Origin: Candidatus Marinacidobacterales bacterium
Lineage (GTDB): Bacteria; Acidobacteriota; Vicinamibacteria; Marinacidobacterales; DATDRI01
Reading direction: 5' to 3'
DNA: 64,000 bases
NCBI GenBank assembly: GCA_965219415.1
Contig: OZ244742.1
Location: 1 to 64,000 of the forward strand
In this document: positions 41,444 to 51,911 of the stretch, piece after piece
Layout of the letters: each line of letters begins with the position of its first letter
Numbering within the stretch: position 1 is the stretch's first letter
Made by a program: the position numbers and the translations under genes
Notes under the pieces: model-generated
Told to the model about the DNA's origin: nothing
The model's input: the letters and a program-made list of their open reading frames with translations, nothing else
The model's database searches: none

Positions 41444-42364
41444 CTATTCGTCGGCAAGCCGCTTCGTGGCCGCCTCGACATTCTTGTGAAAAACGAACAA
41501 CACGTCGGCGTCTCCACTCTTTTCGGTGAAGTTATATTTCCTTCCGCCACGCACTTTGATCTGAAGGTTCTTGTCGATGAAATCGACCTCGAATTTCTCG
41601 AGCGAAGAGAACGGGACTGAAAAGCCGTCCTTCTTATTGGTCGTTTCGTAGGTGATGCCGTCAGGAGTCGCGGTGAGCGTGCCCTCGCAAGAGCCGAAGC
41701 TGTGTTTGTGAACCAACTTGGCCGTCTCTCGGAGCCTCACCTCTTTGAAACGGACGTAGAGGTCACGGCTTCCCGTGCTCATTTCGACCTTTTCCGAGTG
41801 GATGTCGTATCCGTCTGCGGAGACGGTTAAGCCGTAGGTTCCGGGGCTCACGTCGGTGATGGTAACGGGAGTCGTTCCAATATACTTGCGATCCAAAAAG
41901 ACCGTTGCCCCGGGAACGTCACTCTCGACTCTCAGGCGCACGGGCTCGAGGGCGAGCATCGCATTGACCTTCGCTTCTCTCCCCCGCGACACTGCGACCA
42001 TCTTGTCGAAGGTTTGGTAGCCGTCCTTGGCGACACGGATTTCGTAGGCGCCGGGCTCGACGCCCTCGATACGATAAGGTGCCTTCCCCACCGCCTTTCC
42101 ATCCAAATAAACGGTTGCTTCTTCGACGTTCGCAGTAACGGACAACGAGCCGCTCGACGGGCCCGCCTTGCGCTCGGCTGTTGGCGGGGATGGCGCGGGT
42201 TTCGTTGGCGCCTTTTCAGGCTTCGTCGCTTCCTTGGGAGGAGCTTCGGGACGGCTTAGGTACCAGTATCCGGCACCCGCGAGGAGCGCGAGGCCGACGA
42301 CAACCGCTGCCGCATACTTACGACGAGAGGTTTGGTGCTCTTGATTTTCGTCCAGCAGCCGCAC
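41444..42364 (-). CDS. Membrane-anchored PEGA-domain protein
   Basis: TM helix, Pro-rich linker and two PEGA repeats (ATVYLDGK.VGKAP; GATVFLDRKYIGTTP). Confidence 0.85.
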   Translation of the reverse strand: MRLLDENQEHQTSRRKYAAAVVVGLALLAGAGYWYLSRPEAPPKEATKPEKAPTKPAPSPPTAERKAGPSSGSLSVTANVEEATVYLDGKAVGKAPYRIEGVEPGAYEIRVAKDGYQTFDKMVAVSRGREAKVNAMLALEPVRLRVESDVPGATVFLDRKYIGTTPVTITDVSPGTYGLTVSADGYDIHSEKVEMSTGSRDLYVRFKEVRLRETAKLVHKHSFGSCEGTLTATPDGITYETTNKKDGFSVPFSSLEKFEVDFIDKNLQIKVRGGRKYNFTEKSGDADVLFVFHKNVEAATKRLADE

Positions 42365-42388
42365 GTTCGATATTCTAGCACGACGGTT

Positions 42389-43430
42389 TCATGGCGCCGG
42401 CGCGAAGTAGGCCTCTAAGGAAGTCCGACGAGCGCGACGGCGAGCGCAAGCACCCGGCGGATACCGCGCTCCCAAGTCGGTGGGGTCGAATGCTTCGGCA
42501 GGGGCGTGCGCGTCGGCGCCTTCCCCACCGCCGCCGATGGTGATGGCGGGAATTCCCAGGCTAATCGGCAGGTTGGAATCGGTGCTGCTTCGAACCAACC
42601 TCGCTTCTTCAATTTCAACGACCCGGCGGGTCACCTCGACCGCGGTTTTGACGATGGGGGCGTCGACCGGAATTTCGCCCGAAGGCCTGTCGCCCACCAA
42701 CTCCTTTTCCGCTCGGAGGGGGCCGGTTAGTGAACGGACCTCGTTCTCTCGGGCAACGCCTTCGTCGACGAAGCGGAGAAACGTCTCCTCCGTCTCCTTT
42801 AAGATACCGACGTCCTCCCCACGCAGACCGATTTCCATCCAGACTTCGGTGGGGATTGAGTTAATGGACGTCCCTCCCCCAACCACGCCGACGTTGTAGC
42901 TTTGTTTCGGTTTTTCGGAGACTTCGAGCTCGGCTAGCTTTGCGAGCGTTCGGGCCATTGCGAAACCGGGATTCGGCGTTCCGAATGCGCCCCAGCTATG
43001 CCCGCCCGGTCCGCGATAGGTGATGCGGTAGCGCTTGCTCCCCAGGGCCTCGTGGATGATGTCGTCGTCGCTGGTGCCGTCGACCGAGACAAACATGTCG
43101 ATGCGTTCGCGAAGAGGACTCTTCAAGAAGAGATGTTTCACCCCGCGAAGGTCACCCCTCCCCTCCTCCCCCACCGATCCCATGAAAATCAGAGTCCCGG
43201 CAGTCTCGACGTTGGCTTCTTCCAATGCCTTGAGAACCGTCAGTATCGTGACCAGCCCTACCGTGTTATCTCCGATGCCCGGTGCGAACAGCCACTCCCC
43301 TTCCCGTTTGACGCTAGTGACGCTTCCGCGTGGAAAGACGGTGTCCAAGTGAGCAGATAGAACCACGGTTGGACCATCTCCGTGGCCAGGCCGTTCGCCG
43401 TAGACATTTCCCGCCTCATCCTTCCAAACT
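42389..43430 (-). pseudogene. M20/M25/M40 metallopeptidase, 5'-truncated
   Basis: SAHLDTVFP, GIGDN, GEEG, GGHSW, STDSN and AH motifs. The N-terminus is lost at the junction with the V4R shard. Confidence 0.8.
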
Positions 43431-43485
43431 TCCGTATTCCTCGGCGAAAGGAGACCCGTGGACTTTCAGGACTAATTCGGAGCTT

Positions 43486-43788
43486 TCAGTGTTTGATCAT
43501 CTGGACAGAAACGGCTCCCCATCCCGACTCCCCCATCATGAAGGCTAGGGAACTCAAAACTTGATCGACGGGATACGAGAACACGTCCTTGAGACGGCCC
43601 GCGAGCACGAGTCCTTCGGTCTGTCCGGCGTCGGAAAGGATGGTCCCCACTTCCTCGGGGAGTACTTGCTCGAGGGTCTTCTGGATCTCGGAAAGCAGAC
43701 TGGGCCTCATGAGCAAATACCGAAGTCCTTGAAGGTCGAGTCTCCCCTCCTCAGCGTCGAAGGAAAAGCTTTCCAGGATTTGATTCAT
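43486..43788 (-). pseudogene. XylR-N/V4R-domain protein, C-terminally truncated
   Basis: G.L.LQGLRYLLMRP..L...GWG pattern. Confidence 0.55.
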
Positions 43789-44021
43789 GAGTTGCCGTCA
43801 TCCAGTTGCGATTCGGGCATCACCCCAAACGGGACATCGTTTTTCTTCTTGCCAACGACGGTATCGCAGCGAGTACATCGGTACTCGTAAAGCTCTCCAT
43901 CGGGGAGCGCGAGAAGGAGGCGTTGTCGCACGGGAAGGGCCGCTTTGCAGGTGGGGCAAAAGAGACTGACCGCGTCGAATTCTTCGTAGTTCGGAGGATC
44001 CGAACGGTCGAAATTCCCCAT
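43785..44021 (-). CDS. Small zinc-ribbon protein
   Basis: CPTC...RLLLALPDGELYEYRCTRC. Confidence 0.7.
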   Translation of the reverse strand: MGNFDRSDPPNYEEFDAVSLFCPTCKAALPVRQRLLLALPDGELYEYRCTRCDTVVGKKKNDVPFGVMPESQLDDGNS

Positions 44022-44068
44022 TAACCGGTAAGTATAACGTTTTCCGGGCAGCGATTTCTAGGGATTTT

Positions 44069-44142
44069 CGTATCCACCCGCTCGCTTCGCAGGACTCCCG
44101 CGATGGCGGCAGGCGTCACCGACAGGCTATGGGATATTGCCG
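44069..44142 (+). mobile_element. IS1-like transposase C-terminal shard
   Basis: SLRRTPAMAAGVTDRLWDI. Confidence 0.55.
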
Positions 44143-44291
44143 CCACGGTCACGTTGCCGAACTAGACGTTCGCGCTAAACTGGTTCACCCGAGAGGTGCG
44201 CGACGTGGGCATGGCTTGGAGAGGGTTACTAACTCATCGGGTTCTTGATTTTTATTTCCGCCAAACTGGATAATCGCTGGGAGCGAAGTAG

Positions 44292-44639
44292 ATGAAAAAG
44301 GTCAATGTGCGAACCGAAGCATCCTCACTCGAAGAGTTCTGGTCGCAACGGACAGTCGGAGAGGCTAACGGCAATCTATTCAAGGTGGCCAAAGGAATCG
44401 GATCGACCAACTGGCACAAGCATGACGATCAGGATGAAGTCTTCTTCGTCTACAAGGGACGGTTAACAGTACAGCTCCGTAGCGGCAACGTCGAACTATC
44501 GGAGGGGGATATGTTCATCGTACCCAGAGGCGTGGAACATTGTCCAGTCGCGGAAGAGGAGGTCCACCTACTGCTCGTCGGGCCGGACATCACATCGAAC
44601 GAACAAGGGGGCAAGCCGGAATGGAGCTACAAGCGCTAA
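44292..44639 (+). CDS. Cupin-domain protein
   Basis: WHKHDDQDEVF..G and GDMFIVPRGVEHCP motifs. Confidence 0.88.
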   Translation: MKKVNVRTEASSLEEFWSQRTVGEANGNLFKVAKGIGSTNWHKHDDQDEVFFVYKGRLTVQLRSGNVELSEGDMFIVPRGVEHCPVAEEEVHLLLVGPDITSNEQGGKPEWSYKR

Positions 44640-44773
44640 CGGGCCTCGGTGGTAGCGCGCGCAAGACGTCCCAGGCGGGCGCGGTGGTGGGACACGTGCT
44701 TCTCTTCAGACTGGACCAACACCGGAGGCTTGAAGTGCGCCCGTGAGTCCTGCCGTAGCCAGGGGACGGCGGA

Positions 44774-45271
44774 CTAACGCTTGTAGGCTTCCTCCCCCAA
44801 ACCCCAATACCCGCGGGAATAGAAAACGAGAGGACGGCCCTCTTTGAGAACCTCGCCGCCCTGCACCTCTCCCACGAAAAGAGTGTGATCGGCCTGCTCG
44901 ATCCGCTGCACGACGTCGCAGTCTACATATCCCAAGCAGCCTTTGATGAGGGAGGGCGCTCCCGAGCGGTCTTCGTGCTCGATGTCCCCAAACTGCTCCT
45001 CGGACGATAGATCCGGTTTGGCAAAGTGATCCGAGAGCCCGCCCTGATCGTCGCCCAGGATGTTGACCGCGAACGAGTTCCCCTTGTCGATCGCTTCGTG
45101 TGCGCGTGCCTCCTTCAGGATGCAGATCAACACCACTGGCGGCTTCAAGCTGACCGACATGAACGAGCTGACCGTGATTCCCCGTTGTTCGCCATCCGGA
45201 CGGACGGCGGTGACGACGACCACCCCCTGAGGGAAAACCCTCATCACGCTGCGAAGCGCTTCTCCGTCCAT
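44774..45271 (-). CDS. Flavin reductase-like protein
   Basis: GVVVVT, GITVSSFMSVSLKPP, FAVNIL and DHTLFVGEV..PLVF motifs. Confidence 0.9.
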   Translation of the reverse strand: MDGEALRSVMRVFPQGVVVVTAVRPDGEQRGITVSSFMSVSLKPPVVLICILKEARAHEAIDKGNSFAVNILGDDQGGLSDHFAKPDLSSEEQFGDIEHEDRSGAPSLIKGCLGYVDCDVVQRIEQADHTLFVGEVQGGEVLKEGRPLVFYSRGYWGLGEEAYKR

Positions 45272-45286
45272 CGGTGCGTTACCTCC

Positions 45287-45751
45287 TCAGATTTCTTCTA
45301 TGTCCGCGGACCACTCTACTTCGATGCCGCGCTTGACGCTCGTCGCCGCCGGGCACTTCTCCTCGTGGGTGGCGAGAGCCCTCTCGACTTTGTCTCGCTT
45401 GTCCTTCGGCACCTTCATCCGATAGCGAACCCGGATCTTGGTAATGACCATGACGCCGTCGATATCCTCGATGTCACCTTCGACGTCGGCCGAGAGTTTG
45501 TCTGGCTGACTCGGAATCCCGCGCACCTCCAGTGCGCCCCCAAGGGTGCCGACCAGTCACCCGCCGACGCCGGCCACGATGTGGTCCAGCGTTGCAGGGA
45601 GCTCCTCTTCGGGCTCGAGTCCGTAAAACTCCTTGATATTGGTATGTACGCCGAACCGTAGGGGATCCTCGAAATTCTCGATGTACGCGCGTCGAAGGGG
45701 TCCTTTGTCTTTTTCGATCCGGATATGCGATGTGTGAACTGGCTTGCCCAT
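45287..45751 (-). CDS. OsmC-like selenoprotein (in-frame UGA read as Sec)
   Basis: ORFs 45557..45751 and 45287..45526 are in one frame, joined by TGA (DHIVAGVGG-U-LVGTLGGALE). C-terminal partner Cys in HEEKCP. A SECIS-like hairpin follows. Confidence 0.82.
45502..45556 (-). promoter_or_regulatory. SECIS-like hairpin
   Basis: Apical stem GCGCAC-UGGAG-GUGCGC (45537-45521), with the loop about 25 nt after the UGA and additional lower pairing. Confidence 0.65.
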
Positions 45752-45809
45752 TCAGCCTCCTCCTGTCTCGATTCGGCGGGTATGTTAGCTCAAAATACGG
45801 GCCTGCGCC

Positions 45810-46832
45810 TTGCTAAATGCCGTTCACCGCAATAGCATCCGGGAAATGCGACGACTACTAATTCTACCCACGGTGCTGCTCTTGATCACGGGGGCGGCGG
45901 TGGCCCAAGACCCCGCTCCCCTTTCGGACACAGAGATTCAGCGTCTGGTCGAACAGAAGCTTCGGGGGGAGAATCTGCTGACGGACGGGGTCGAGGTGTC
46001 GGTCGATGGCGGGGTCGTGACCCTCGGTGGCAAAGTGCCCAATGTCTCGACCAAGGATCGAATCATAGAGACCGCTCTTGAAGTGCTCCAGGTGAAGGAG
46101 GTTCTGAGCGAGTTGGAAATTGCCCCCGGTGACAGTGCCGAAGGCGCCGAGACCATCCAAGAGCCGACCCCATCCTCTGACGAGCAGATTCGGCAGCTCG
46201 TTGAAGAGAAGCTCCAGGCGGAAAAACTTCTAAAAGAAACTTTCGATGTGTCTGTCGAGGCCGGTGTGGTGACCTTAAAGGGCAAGGTGCCCAACGTGTG
46301 GACCAAGGATCGGATCGTCGCTATCGTGCTCGAAGTGCCCCAGGCGAAAGAGATCTTCAGTGAATTAGCCATTGCCACCGGCGAAAGTGACCAGGACCTG
46401 GCCAAACAACTGGCTGAGAAAATTCGGCGGTATCCCAACTATACGATCCACGACGAGGTGACCGGACGCGTGGAAGACGGCGCGGTCTACCTGATCGGAT
46501 GGGTCACCATGCCCTTCAAGTCGTCCGCGATCGAAGAGATGGCGTCCAAGATTCTAGGCGTTCAGGAAGTCCGTAACGAAATTAGCGTCCTACCAACGTC
46601 GTCGATCGACGCCAAGCTGCGAGAAACTCTGGCGCAGCGCATCTACGGTAACTCCACCTTTCGGGCCTATGCCTCCCAGGTCTACCCTCCCATTCACATC
46701 ATCGTGCATAGCAGCCGAGTCCTTTTGACCGGGGTCGTAAATTCGGAAATAGAAAAAGTAAAGGCGGAACGGATCACCAACTCGACGTTCGGCGTCCTGT
46801 CGGTGGAGAACCTTCTTCGAGTCGAGCGCTAA
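45810..46832 (+). CDS. Secreted multi-BON-domain protein
   Basis: Signal peptide and repeated V.V.GGVVTL.G.V BON units; ends GVLSVENLLRV. Confidence 0.88.
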   Translation: MLNAVHRNSIREMRRLLILPTVLLLITGAAVAQDPAPLSDTEIQRLVEQKLRGENLLTDGVEVSVDGGVVTLGGKVPNVSTKDRIIETALEVLQVKEVLSELEIAPGDSAEGAETIQEPTPSSDEQIRQLVEEKLQAEKLLKETFDVSVEAGVVTLKGKVPNVWTKDRIVAIVLEVPQAKEIFSELAIATGESDQDLAKQLAEKIRRYPNYTIHDEVTGRVEDGAVYLIGWVTMPFKSSAIEEMASKILGVQEVRNEISVLPTSSIDAKLRETLAQRIYGNSTFRAYASQVYPPIHIIVHSSRVLLTGVVNSEIEKVKAERITNSTFGVLSVENLLRVER

Positions 46833-46834
46833 AA

Positions 46835-46857
46835 GGGGCGGGCTCCTCGCCCGCCCC
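46835..46857. terminator. Hairpin between convergent genes
   Basis: GGGGCGGGC-TCCTC-GCCCGCCCC is preceded by AAAA, which gives a U-tract on the minus strand. Confidence 0.65.
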
Positions 46858-46870
46858 CGGTGTGTGCCGC

Positions 46871-48912
46871 CTAGTCAGAGGTGGGAGAACTCGGCATGTA
46901 GCTCAGGTCGGCTCGATAAGCCAAGAGCGTGGTCCGATAATCATAGATGGACTCGTTGAGCGTGCGAATGATGGCCCGGCCTCGGTGTTGCCATAGGCTT
47001 TCTTCGAGCATCTTTCGGGAGGGGCGTGCCGCTTGGCGCCATCCCCGCCCAGCCCTTGTTTGGGAGGAAGATGATGAAGGAGGGTTGACTGCCTCCGGTG
47101 ACGGCACGACTGAAATAGTACTTCGTATCCGAGCCGGTTTTCGTGATCGCATCCGAGATCTTGCTCACCGCATTCATGTACGCATCGGCCTTGTCGGGCA
47201 TCGCGCTCACTCGACGACTCCGTTACCCTGTCTCCATCTTCAAATCGAACGCCCAGGTGAACCTCTCGCATCAGCTCCGGTGCGTTGAGCCGGCGAAAAT
47301 TCTTCTCCGCAACCAGAAGCAGTTTGAAGATTGTCGCAGTGGCGGACTCGATTTTCTTGAACCTTTTGGCCGCATCCGTTCTCAATCTCAGTGCAGCGAA
47401 CGGTGATTCCACGACGTTGCTCGTGCGAAGGTGTTGCCAGTGAGGCTTGGGAAAGGAATAGAAGCTGACCATCCGCTCCCAGTCCTCGTCGAGCACGTGC
47501 GCGGCCCCCGGAAGACCCTTGCGCAAGCACCAATCCTGGAACTTGGCCTTCTTCGTCTCGCACTCCTGCAGGCTGGTGGGGTAGGGGATCGCCGTCAACA
47601 GCGGCTTGGCCTGCGCCTGGTCCCTTTTCGGAATCCGGTCCAGTACGTTGAGGATTCGGTGGTTCCAGCACCGCTGCTCCTCAGCTTCTGGAAATACGTT
47701 TCGGGTCGCGGCCCAGATGCCGAGATGACCGTCACCGATCACCAAACGGGGACATCTCAGACCGCGCTTCTTCAGTCTCCGTAGCAGCGACGACCATGAC
47801 GCTTCGGGATTCTCGATGCCCGGCCTCCAGCGTCAGGACGATTTTCGTCCCGTCGGACAGGCCACCAACCGCAACTAGCACCGCCGCCTTGTCCTTCTCA
47901 AGGCCGGCCTTCACGTACACGCCATCTACCCACAGGGACACGAGCTCGAGTTCATCCAGTGGGCGAGCTAGCCACTGCTCGTACTCTCCCTGCCATTTCT
48001 GTTTCAGCCGCGACACCGTGCTGGGAGAAAGTGGAGCGTCCTCCCCTAGAAGCCCGCGGAGCGCCAAATCGAAATCTCCGTGAGCTAGTCCATGCAGGTA
48101 CAGCTCCGGAATCAACTCGCTCACCGTTTCGCTCCGACGCTTGAACAGCGGAAGCACTCGACTTTCGAACCTCTCCTCCACGTCCCGTACTCTCGGCCGG
48201 CGAACCGTCACCGTGCCCACGCTCATCGTCAGCTTCCGAGGCTTACCGTATCCATTTCGATAGCCCGCCGTTGTGTCCACGGGCTTCCGTCTCTCCGATT
48301 TCTCACGCCCGAGAAGCTCCGTGACTTCGGCTACCATCAGCTCCTGCACCCAATCCTGGATCTCGAGCCTCGCCCACTTCTCCAGCGACTCCCAAGCCAC
48401 CCTTGACGAGCTCCGTCGTCTTGTGGTCTTTTCCTTCATGGCGGTGTCTCCTTCCGTTGGCCCCTTCAGGCCGTGTTTCGTGACGCGGAAGGTTATACTT
48501 CGCCTTTACTTTATTTCCACACCTTCTGAGGGTAGCTCCTGGCATGTCCGCGATGTACTTGATATTGGCAGCCTCCGTATAGGGCCCGGAGTTCATCTTT
48601 CGGTTCGCCAAATCCTCGGCACGGTCGATCGGCATGTTGTCGAAATCCGCCCATTTGTGCTCGAAGGTGCCGACCACATAGTCACCCACGTTCTCACCAC
48701 TGACGATTTCCCAGACGAACCATTGCCAGGTGTCGCCTTTCTCGCGGTGGAACGCCATGTGCTTCTTGGTGCCCTCCTCCCATTTGTCCTTCATGCCCGC
48801 CTTGGGCGTCACGTGAATCATCATACCCACCACGTTTTCGTCTTGGGCCGCGGCCGGTAGCGAAAGAGCTACCAGACTGACAACCAATGCAACGAGAACT
48901 AGTTTCTTCATG
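46871..48912 (-). pseudogene. Secreted hypothetical protein split by IS256
   Basis: The N-terminal half MKKLVLVALVVSLVALSLPAAAQ... (48912-48539) and the C-terminal half ...AYRADLSYMP (47210-46871) flank the IS. Confidence 0.6.
47211..48538 (-). mobile_element. IS256 type C, second copy lacking its right IR
   Basis: Near-identical to 13681-15005. Frameshift near 47808. Confidence 0.9.
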
Positions 48913-49300
48913 AGTTCCCCCTTTCGCGAGGTAATACTGAGGCATCCACTCGGTTTCGGCTGGGGCACACCCTACGCCTGGGTCATGTGGAAGTCAAGGC
49001 GTGGGGCGTTTTGAACGCGGTAGAAGTTTTTACGACCAAAGGGCGGGGACGAGATTCGGCACGGATAGTTACTGCCGGGGACTATCCGCACCAGGACGAG
49101 GCTACGCGCGAGGGATTACGAATCATATCCTTTGTCCCGATTCGTCTGACGGGCGGTCCTGCCTGGGGATCGGGATATTCAAGTCAGAATCAGTCTCGCG
49201 AGGAAAACAATAACGAAGAGCGCGACCACCAGAACTGTGAGACTGGCGAAGACAGCGCGGGCTTCTCGCTCGAATCTCTTACGGACTTCGGGATGGCTGG

Positions 49301-49441
49301 CTACGCGAGACGGAAGACTTTGATGGCGACGGTGCGATCGAGGCGAGTGTCTTTGGCTTTAGACACCTCACCCATGCCACCTGCACCGAGAGGTGCCAGG
49401 ATTTCATAGGGACCCAGCTTGGTGCCGGGAGTTAATGACAT
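49301..49441 (-). pseudogene. Ser/Thr protein kinase N-terminal shard
   Basis: [42 protein letters not shown]. Confidence 0.8.
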
Positions 49442-50538
49442 GGCTAGCCCTTTGATCGTGAAAATAGCCCTGCACAGGCTGAAAAGTCAACGAGTAGACC
49501 GGCCCGCGCTCGCGCGCGAGGCTGCTTGAGCGGCGGTATCGTTGCATCGCCTCTTTCCCGTAGTCGCACTCGGCGAGATACCGGTTGTGCGCGGGACACA
49601 TCATCTGGATATTTTCGGGGCTATGGTCGCCGCCACGAGCAAAGGGATCGTGGTGATGGAATTGGAGTGTCTGCCGCTCGTTGCAGCGTCTACCTCGTGC
49701 GTCCACGAAGGTGCACTGATTTCCGTCACGCTCGGCAACCGCGCGTCTCACGGGGGCCGGGATATAACGTGACGACGGTGACGTATCGGTCTCTTCGACG
49801 CTCTTCCTGGGGGCTTTCGACTTCCCAAAGCGCCGCGACTCCAGTCGTTCGAGCTTTTCGGTCACCGCCTCTTCTATGATCGCCCCCAGGTCGCCGTCGG
49901 GAACCGAGCCTCGCACAAGCCCTCGCAGACGCTCGATCTTGTCTTTCAGCTCCGCGCTGGCCGTGAACTGCACTTTGTAACGGGCGGGGGCGAGAGGCTC
50001 CACGAACGCGGGCTTGGCCTTCGCCGGAGTGGGTAGATCGGTTACTTGGTCCGGACCTAGTTGAGGTGCCGGCGGCCGTTTTGTCTTTGCCCGGTGCACG
50101 GGTAGCTTGCGCATCGTCGTGGGAACATCCGGTTTAGGCGAAAGCTCGGCCACGAGCTCCTCGATTTCCCGCTTCGACTTGTGCACGGCACGGGCCAGCA
50201 AGCTCTCTCGATTGGCCTCCGTGAGCAGCGGCGCGATCTTCGCGATACCGTTCAAGTGAAGGCGCCCGTCCTCCAGCATCACCAGAAGGACGGGATGCGT
50301 TCGCGACGCACGCGCCACCGCAATCCGCAGATAGGCTTCCCACTCTGACAGATGCAGGACCTCCGTACAAGTACGCGAACATCGATGAGCAAGCTTCACG
50401 TGCGTAGAGGCGCCGCTCGTCTACCTCGGCAATGTGTGCGACCAACTCCGACTCGACGCGTCGTGATCGTTGCACCAGCCCCGATAAGCGGTGAAGTAGC
50501 TCATCATCCGAAATTGATTTCAATAACTTCTTAAACAT
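49404..50538 (-). CDS. DUF222-like / HNH endonuclease (one frameshift ~50370)
   Basis: N-terminal SDDELL..L...[19 protein letters not shown]; C-terminal [23 protein letters not shown]. Confidence 0.8.
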
Positions 50539-50781
50539 TCCTCGTCCCTCCTCAAGACTAATATAACAACGGTCTTTTTTTGGCCTTGAGACGACTTAGA
50601 GTCGGGAGGAACGTGCTTCGACGACGTTTTTGTCTCGAAGCTTGTAGGCGTTGACTAGAGCGTCAACGTCAGCTCGAGAGATGGCACTGCGAAAGCATCA
50701 GAGAAGCTATCAAAACTTGTTGTGGGATCTTGTCAAGAGAAAATTCATTTTTTTTCTTGGAGGGACATTGGGGGACATCGT

Positions 50782-50915
50782 TCAGTTGGTGGGGGCGAGG
50801 CATTCCAGCTCTTCGAACCAGTTGAGGACCAGGTTCAGTTGCGTCGAGCCAGATGCTTCCTGAGACGGCTGGATCATCACGAACCGCTGACACCATCCGG
50901 CGAGACGTTGTAACG
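50782..50915 (-). pseudogene. C-terminal shard of a PD40/beta-propeller Ser/Thr kinase
   Basis: YNVSPDG.RFVMI...QLNLVLNWFEEL*. Confidence 0.6.
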
Positions 50916-50930
50916 GAGCCCGCAATGGCT

Positions 50931-51200
50931 TTAAGGGTGTGAGGAAGAGCTTTTCATTTCAAATTCAACCCTGATAATCCCGACCGCGTCGACTGGCTTT
51001 CCTCCTTGGAGTGCCGGTTTAAAGCGCCACTGCTGAGCCGCTTCGATCGCAGCATCGTCGCATCCGTAGGGTAGTGACTCCAGGACACGCAAGACCTCGG
51101 TGGACCCCTCCCTGCGTACCAGTATCTCGAGGACCACGTCGCCGCGGATAAACCTCTTACTCGCCTGTGGGTGGGTAGTCGGGAGTGACCTCGTGAATCA
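50931..51200 (-). pseudogene. TonB C-terminal domain shard
   Basis: G.VVLEILV..GS...LPYGCDDAAIEAAQQWRFKPA..GKPV. Confidence 0.7.
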
Positions 51201-51450
51201 CCACTGGTTCGATATCCCAGGCTTTCCCTCCTGCTTGTCTTTGATGGATTGCACTAGTCGGGCGATTCTCTCCTCACTGGTTTCCGCGGGCCCGGATTCC
51301 GTAGGTTTACCCGCTAGTCGAGAACCGAGCAACGCAGCGGCAGTGACCTCGTCGTAACACTGAAGACGCTGAAGGCTATCTGTAATCCGACAAGCTTTCG
51401 TGCAAGAAAACTAGGTCGGTTGCTTCCTGAGAAACTACGGTACGAAGTTT

Positions 51451-51496
51451 TGGCGTCCCCAGGGGGAGTCGAACCCCCGTTTTCGCGGTGAAAGGG
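51451..51496 (-). other. 3' half of tRNA-Glu(TTC), att-site scar
   Basis: Minus strand CCTTTCACCGCGAAAACGGGGGTTCGACTCCCCCTGGGGACGCCA contains the anticodon loop, T arm and CCA. There is no D arm or 5' acceptor strand. Confidence 0.7.
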
Positions 51497-51698
51497 GCAT
51501 TGTCATCTCCCAAGGCACGCTGGCAAGACGGAGAGGCTCTCTAGGAGGGTGCTGGGAGGACATTGAGAGTGTCCTTCTGTCTCACCGTGGCAAGTTTCCC
51601 CGGCGAGGGAGACCCAGGAGTTTGTGCCGAGGCGTCACCTTTTCGTCACCTAACGGACAATCTGGCTTCGGTCGATTCCCTGCAACTCGTGGAAAAGA

Positions 51699-51715
51699 TT
51701 GGCTGGAGCGGGAGG
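51699..51715 (-). repeat. 17-bp duplication of the tRNA-Asn 3' end (att core)
   Basis: TTGGCTGGAGCGGGAGG is identical to 51911-51927. Confidence 0.75.
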
Positions 51716-51911
51716 TTGTTGCTCCCAAAATCGGGATAAGCCTCTCCGGTCAAGGAGTACCGCGGTGGCACTGCCTAGTTCGATTGTTCGGGGCCCTCGT
51801 TTGGCAACTCGGTTGGCACACGCCGCTGTTGCGGAGCACCACTTGATTGCAGACCGGCGCGGATGGTGGCACAACCTCGTCAGTTGGCTTGGCGTTGATG
51901 AGTGGCAAAGT

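Noticed and set aside
51451-51530. Complete tRNA-Glu gene
   Set aside because: The D arm and 5' acceptor strand are absent, so it was recorded as an att scar.
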